Assembly: GCA_030167865.1 (NCBI GenBank)
Contig: JALAGF010006047.1
Span: 1 to 49,681, forward strand
Direction of reading: 5' to 3'
Length of the DNA: 49,681 bases
Source: Craspedostauros australis
Lineage: Eukaryota
This document shows, one piece after another, positions 45,349-49,681 of this stretch (the stretch's first letter is position 1; every line of letters starts with the position of its first letter). Made by a program: the position numbers and the translations under genes. The notes below the pieces were generated by a model. That model worked only from the letters and a program-made list of their open reading frames with translations. It was not told where the DNA came from and made no database searches.

Positions 45349-47532
45349 GTTTGATGACGCGCCTGACGATTGGTAGCTCTTACTTGGCCAATGGATTGGG
45401 TATGGGACTCGTAGAGTAGCACGTCAACTGTTGCGATGGAGATTGGCCAAGCCCCAAAGACCAAGGCGAAGAGACACGAGGAGAGTAAAGTGGAAGCTTC
45501 TGTCTTGGTCGATGCTTCAAGCCCCTGTTGCATCTCGGCAGGCAGCGATTTCTTCCTTCATTTTCTCTGCAACGAAGCAAAGGGCGTTCCCTCCCAAAAG
45601 AGACAGATCTGCAAGGGTAAGACGTACCTACGAACGTACAACGAGCGTTGGGTCCTGATGAGGTGTGGGGGCCGTGTGTACTATTATGATTGCACGCCGC
45701 TAGTTTGAAAGCGCGACCAATGAAGCGAGACGTGATGCTCGTCTGGAATGACATACGCGACATGATCGGACATGTCTGAAACAGCAAACACGAGGTTTGA
45801 TTTGCTCCTAGCTCGCATCAGTCCCTGAGATGTTCCACCTTGTCAGAATAACTGCGTTTCACGTTCCGGCGAATAACAGGAAGACGAGGATGCGCCGAGG
45901 GTCTGAGCGGGAACAGGAGCGGATAGATCAGACACGCACATTGTGTACTGAACTAGGCACAGATCGCGGACGAAAGCCACTATGATTCGAAGTAGTCGGT
46001 TGTCGACAGCACCACAAAAAAGAACAGAACAAAACTGCCCGTTACGAAACAACACGACCGTGGCGATCTCGTGCAAACTGTCCGTGTGTTGCGCGTTGTC
46101 GAGAAACATCTTTGTCACGAACACGTCCAAAAGAACCACGCAGAGGCCTTGCGCGTTGATGTGCTCTGCGCTGCGCTTGTTTTGGGATCCACAGAAAGGC
46201 GCAACCGTGGGATGAGGTGGCTTTATTCATTGAAGCTGTGGCTGTCCACGAAGTTCGTCCACTTCTATCCCAATGAACCACAGGCGACTTCAGCTTCCTT
46301 CGGCCTCCCATTCCATCGAAGCCAAGCCAAGTCAAGTCAAGCGTATGAGTGCTCGTGCTCTGGTCGCTCATGGGTACGATCTATTACAATAACACCATGT
46401 AGTATTGGTACTCGGACGGCAGAGGAGAGAAGCTCGAGCTGGATTATGGCGCGACATGGCAGAACAGCGCAGTGGAAGCGGAAATGGCACACCGAAGGCT
46501 CAGGAAGAAGACACGCCACACTTGGCGCGGGCCTTGTGTCACCTTTGGCTGTTGCGGCCGAGTGACAGCGTGAAGCAGGTGCCTTTCGCGTGCGACACCC
46601 GACTCTGTCTCCCCCAAACACGCTCCCGCGCATCGCGCTTTGGATAGTTGCCAGCAACATGTCTGGCACGCCGTATTAGCCTGGACAAGGATCACCGACA
46701 GGAAAGCCCCTCACAACGGATGTTCGTGCGTTCCATGACAACAGAGTTTGGGTCAGAAACTGCAACTGGGGATACTTCGCCCACAAGAACCACAGACGCG
46801 CGCAAAGCCGCGACGTATCACCAAGGACAGCGTCTTCCTGTCATTCTCATTCACTTCTGGAAACCACTTCTCTATGTGATCCGGCTCGTTTCTGATTGAT
46901 GCAAGATACTCGTACGACCTATCTGTCTGGAAGAAGATCTGTCCGGAAGAAGTTCTGTCTTCCACACACCATGCGAGAGTGTCAGATCTGCTGTCCCAGC
47001 ATCCCTATTCATGTGCATGTTCCAGCATGGATGGTATCCATGGATGCGCCCACGAAGTGCCACACAAACCAAACATGCGCTGTGGGTGAACAATCTCACG
47101 TCTGCGCTGCCACGTTTCTGATGAATCTGGAGACAGAGACCAAGACCAGGAAACATCGCGAGAGACTATGATCCCGGTGCCTCGATGCATGTTCACCTCT
47201 GCCATAGGTACATCTCCCTCATGCGGACAGGAGCCGTGCAGCAAACACATCATCGCCTGCGGTTGCTGCCTTTCGGACTCGTAACCAATCCTATCAAACC
47301 AACTATCGTCCAGTCTCGACGCTTCTGCTCCCATAAATCATGGCTGCATACCAATACAAAGCAAAAGACAACACAGACTCCCATCAACGCACGAATCATA
47401 CGAGGTATAGATCATCCTGATCGGCCAGCACCGTCGAACTAGAATACTCTTATCCTTCGCCAAAGTAACACACAAACCACAACAGGAGCAACAGCAACAA
47501 CAACGTGAGTCAGTAAGATTCAACGCATCAAC

Positions 47533-47988
47533 ATGCCCATCCACTCCAACACGGACGTTTGCTGCAGCCCGCGCCAGCGCCGATCCTCCGCCACCAAGTA
47601 TTGCGCAGACGAAGATACCGTCGGTGCATCGTCATCATCTCAAGACGAACCGCTGAAAGATTCGCCGGCTCCTGTCCCAGAGAGCGAACCAGGTCGTGAC
47701 CGTGCTGGTCTCCTGAGGAGACACCAATTCATCGAGGTCTCCTTCGGGAGTATGGAGGTCGACGCCGTCCTCGGCGCCCAGATCAGCACGCAGCGCAGAC
47801 AAGCCGCTCATTCCGAGAAGGCAACGCCATCAACCAACGCCGACTGCGCCGCAGGGATGGATGGAGCGCGCGGCAGCAAGCAACGAAGTCACAAGCAGTC
47901 GTACCACGGAACCAGATACCACCAGAGGGCTCCTGTCACTGTTACCGAAGACTCAATAGAGTACTTGGACTACATGGAGCGTCTATGA
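47533..47988 (+). CDS. Hypothetical protein (151 aa)
   Basis: ATG in a CAACATG context after a CA-rich leader, like other genes here; coding-like codon use; no domain recognised. Confidence 0.4.
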   Translation: MPIHSNTDVCCSPRQRRSSATKYCADEDTVGASSSSQDEPLKDSPAPVPESEPGRDRAGLLRRHQFIEVSFGSMEVDAVLGAQISTQRRQAAHSEKATPSTNADCAAGMDGARGSKQRSHKQSYHGTRYHQRAPVTVTEDSIEYLDYMERL

Positions 47989-49205
47989 GTGGGTACCATA
48001 CTCAAGATGTCGTAATACAATTTTGTCATGGTGGGACCACAGCCAATCACACTCCTTGGCACTCCGCGCTGCCGCTAAATGGAACGACAGAGCTGAGAGA
48101 AGATCTCGCTGGCCGACCTTCTCTCGATTTCGCGTTTCCGCCAACCTGAAAAGCGATCCAACATCTGCTCCATTCGTACCTGCAAATCCCAAGCCCACGT
48201 GGCGGCATCATGTGATGCCTTGCGCTTGGCGACGTGGTGGTAGTCACATGCCTCGGCACCGAAGATGAAGGTTAGACCTCGTCGTCTTCGCGATTCCAAC
48301 GCATGCGTGGCGCGGCCTCCATTGCCCCCCTGTTCTCTTCCGCAGGGCCGTGACAGTACCATGCACCAGACGATCAGGATGCGGCCTTCTATCGAACAAG
48401 CAAACATTCATTCTAGCTCCTATAATCGTGTTAGCACCAGCAGTGTGCCATATGCACCAATTTTGCGATACGAAAATGACATTCTGCTCTCTCTCTCTCT
48501 CGACGCGTGGTAGGGTACGGAAAGGTATGAGCTGTATTGATAGATCGTATTCGATAGTATTATATTTGTACAAGCATCTTATTCTTTCTGGAGCGCGAGT
48601 GCGAGCTGCCCCTTCGTGTACTGGGTATTGATGGCGGCAACAGTGGTGGCATTGTTGGACTCCAAAGACTGTTGTGAAGGTATGGCGATCGCACTCGTAC
48701 GGAGCACGTTTCAGATGCTGACGATGAGCCTGTTGGCGGCGGCGACAGAGTGAAGATGGTCGCGTTTGCGAGGGTAGTTTTACTCCATTGGTACGATGCT
48801 GTATGAGTATTGGAAAGTGGATGGTCGTTGCATCGTTGGTCATGATGAGGTTCTGCATGGTGCGCTGAGAAGGTTGACGTCGGTGGCTTGCACAAGGCGA
48901 ACTGCAAAACAGAACAAGGCCAACACGTCTGGTCTGTGCGTGCATTGGCAGTATCGTGCCAGTGCAGTAGAGTACGACCTGCACCAAATGCAGAATGGGG
49001 TCACGATAGCACTAGTTGTAGAGTTTTGGCCCCTTGTTGCCACTGGTTTGCTTGCTTTTGGGAGAAACGGCGATTGGATATTTAGAGCTATTTCGTGTTG
49101 TTCCTCCATGATCCGTCTTCTACGTCACAGGATGGATTCGACGTCATGCGAAACCACTCACAACACAAGATGTGGGTGCGTCTCGCAGCACGTGGCCCTT
49201 GCTTC

Positions 49206-49336
49206 GCAACACAACATGATGGCTGCGCAGCACACACCAATCGTGCCGCAACACACGCGGACCGTGCCACAACACAACGTGACGGCTCCGCGACACAACA
49301 CACGCGGACCGTGCTGCAACACAAAAATAACGGTCC
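49206..49336. repeat. Degenerate ~21-bp minisatellite
   Basis: Units such as GCAACACACGCGGACCGTGCC, ACAACACAACGTGACGGCTCC and ACAACACACGCGGACCGTGCT; about 6 copies. Confidence 0.65.
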
Positions 49337-49495
49337 TCGTCACAAAAATCACATCACTCATCACAAAACACAAAAACACACCCCACACCACACATCACAC
49401 CACAATCCTCCATGCCATCAAGCAGACGATGCGCACACAACCATTCGAACCACAGGTGTACCTCCAACATATAGTACTAATACTTCGACTTGCAG

Positions 49496-49605
49496 TTACA
49501 TCTCTGCTGTGTTGCTGTCCTGCTCTGCTTTGCTGTGATGCTCGGTCTTGCCAACGAAAATGGCCACTTCGAATGTGTTCATGGTGGGTGCTGCCTCGGT
49601 GTTGC

Positions 49606-49681
<76 letters not shown>
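49496..49681 (-). CDS. Possible 3' end of a gene with a poly-Asn tract
   Basis: The minus frame is open from the window end: (N)n-SNTEAAPTMNTFEVAIFVGKTEHHSKAEQDSNTAEM*. Confidence 0.3.
49606..49681. repeat. (TTG)n microsatellite
   Basis: About 25 perfect triplets running to the window end. Confidence 0.95.

Noticed and set aside
49606..49681. Telomeric repeat
   Set aside because: The unit is TTG, not a TTAGGG-type repeat; it is a simple microsatellite, possibly coding poly-Asn.

Overview
Eukaryotic nuclear DNA, most likely a diatom. The evidence is GT-AG introns, bipartite signal+transit presequences with an AF cleavage motif, a frustulin-type CQGDCD domain and a DUF6824-like protein. In order, the window holds: an ankyrin-repeat/coiled-coil/BTB gene interrupted by a small LTR (TRIM-like) insertion; a 3-exon plastid-targeted protein; a His-rich CDF metal transporter; a 2-TM hypothetical; an amino-acid transporter; a bacterial-type YnfA protein; an EamA transporter; a frustulin-like wall protein; two tandem-U-box paralogs; a DUF6824-like protein; mitochondrial rpS6; and three GT61-like glycosyltransferases, the last two separated by a decayed ~3.9 kb DNA transposon. 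The most unusual signal is the 93-bp LTR at 3103-3195. It contains a TATA box, a tRNA-like acceptor/T-arm minihelix and TTTT. With CCA added, the 3' end of that minihelix would pair with the element's own primer-binding site. The insertion could also be spliced out of the host gene in frame. All family calls come from motif recognition by eye; no searches were run.
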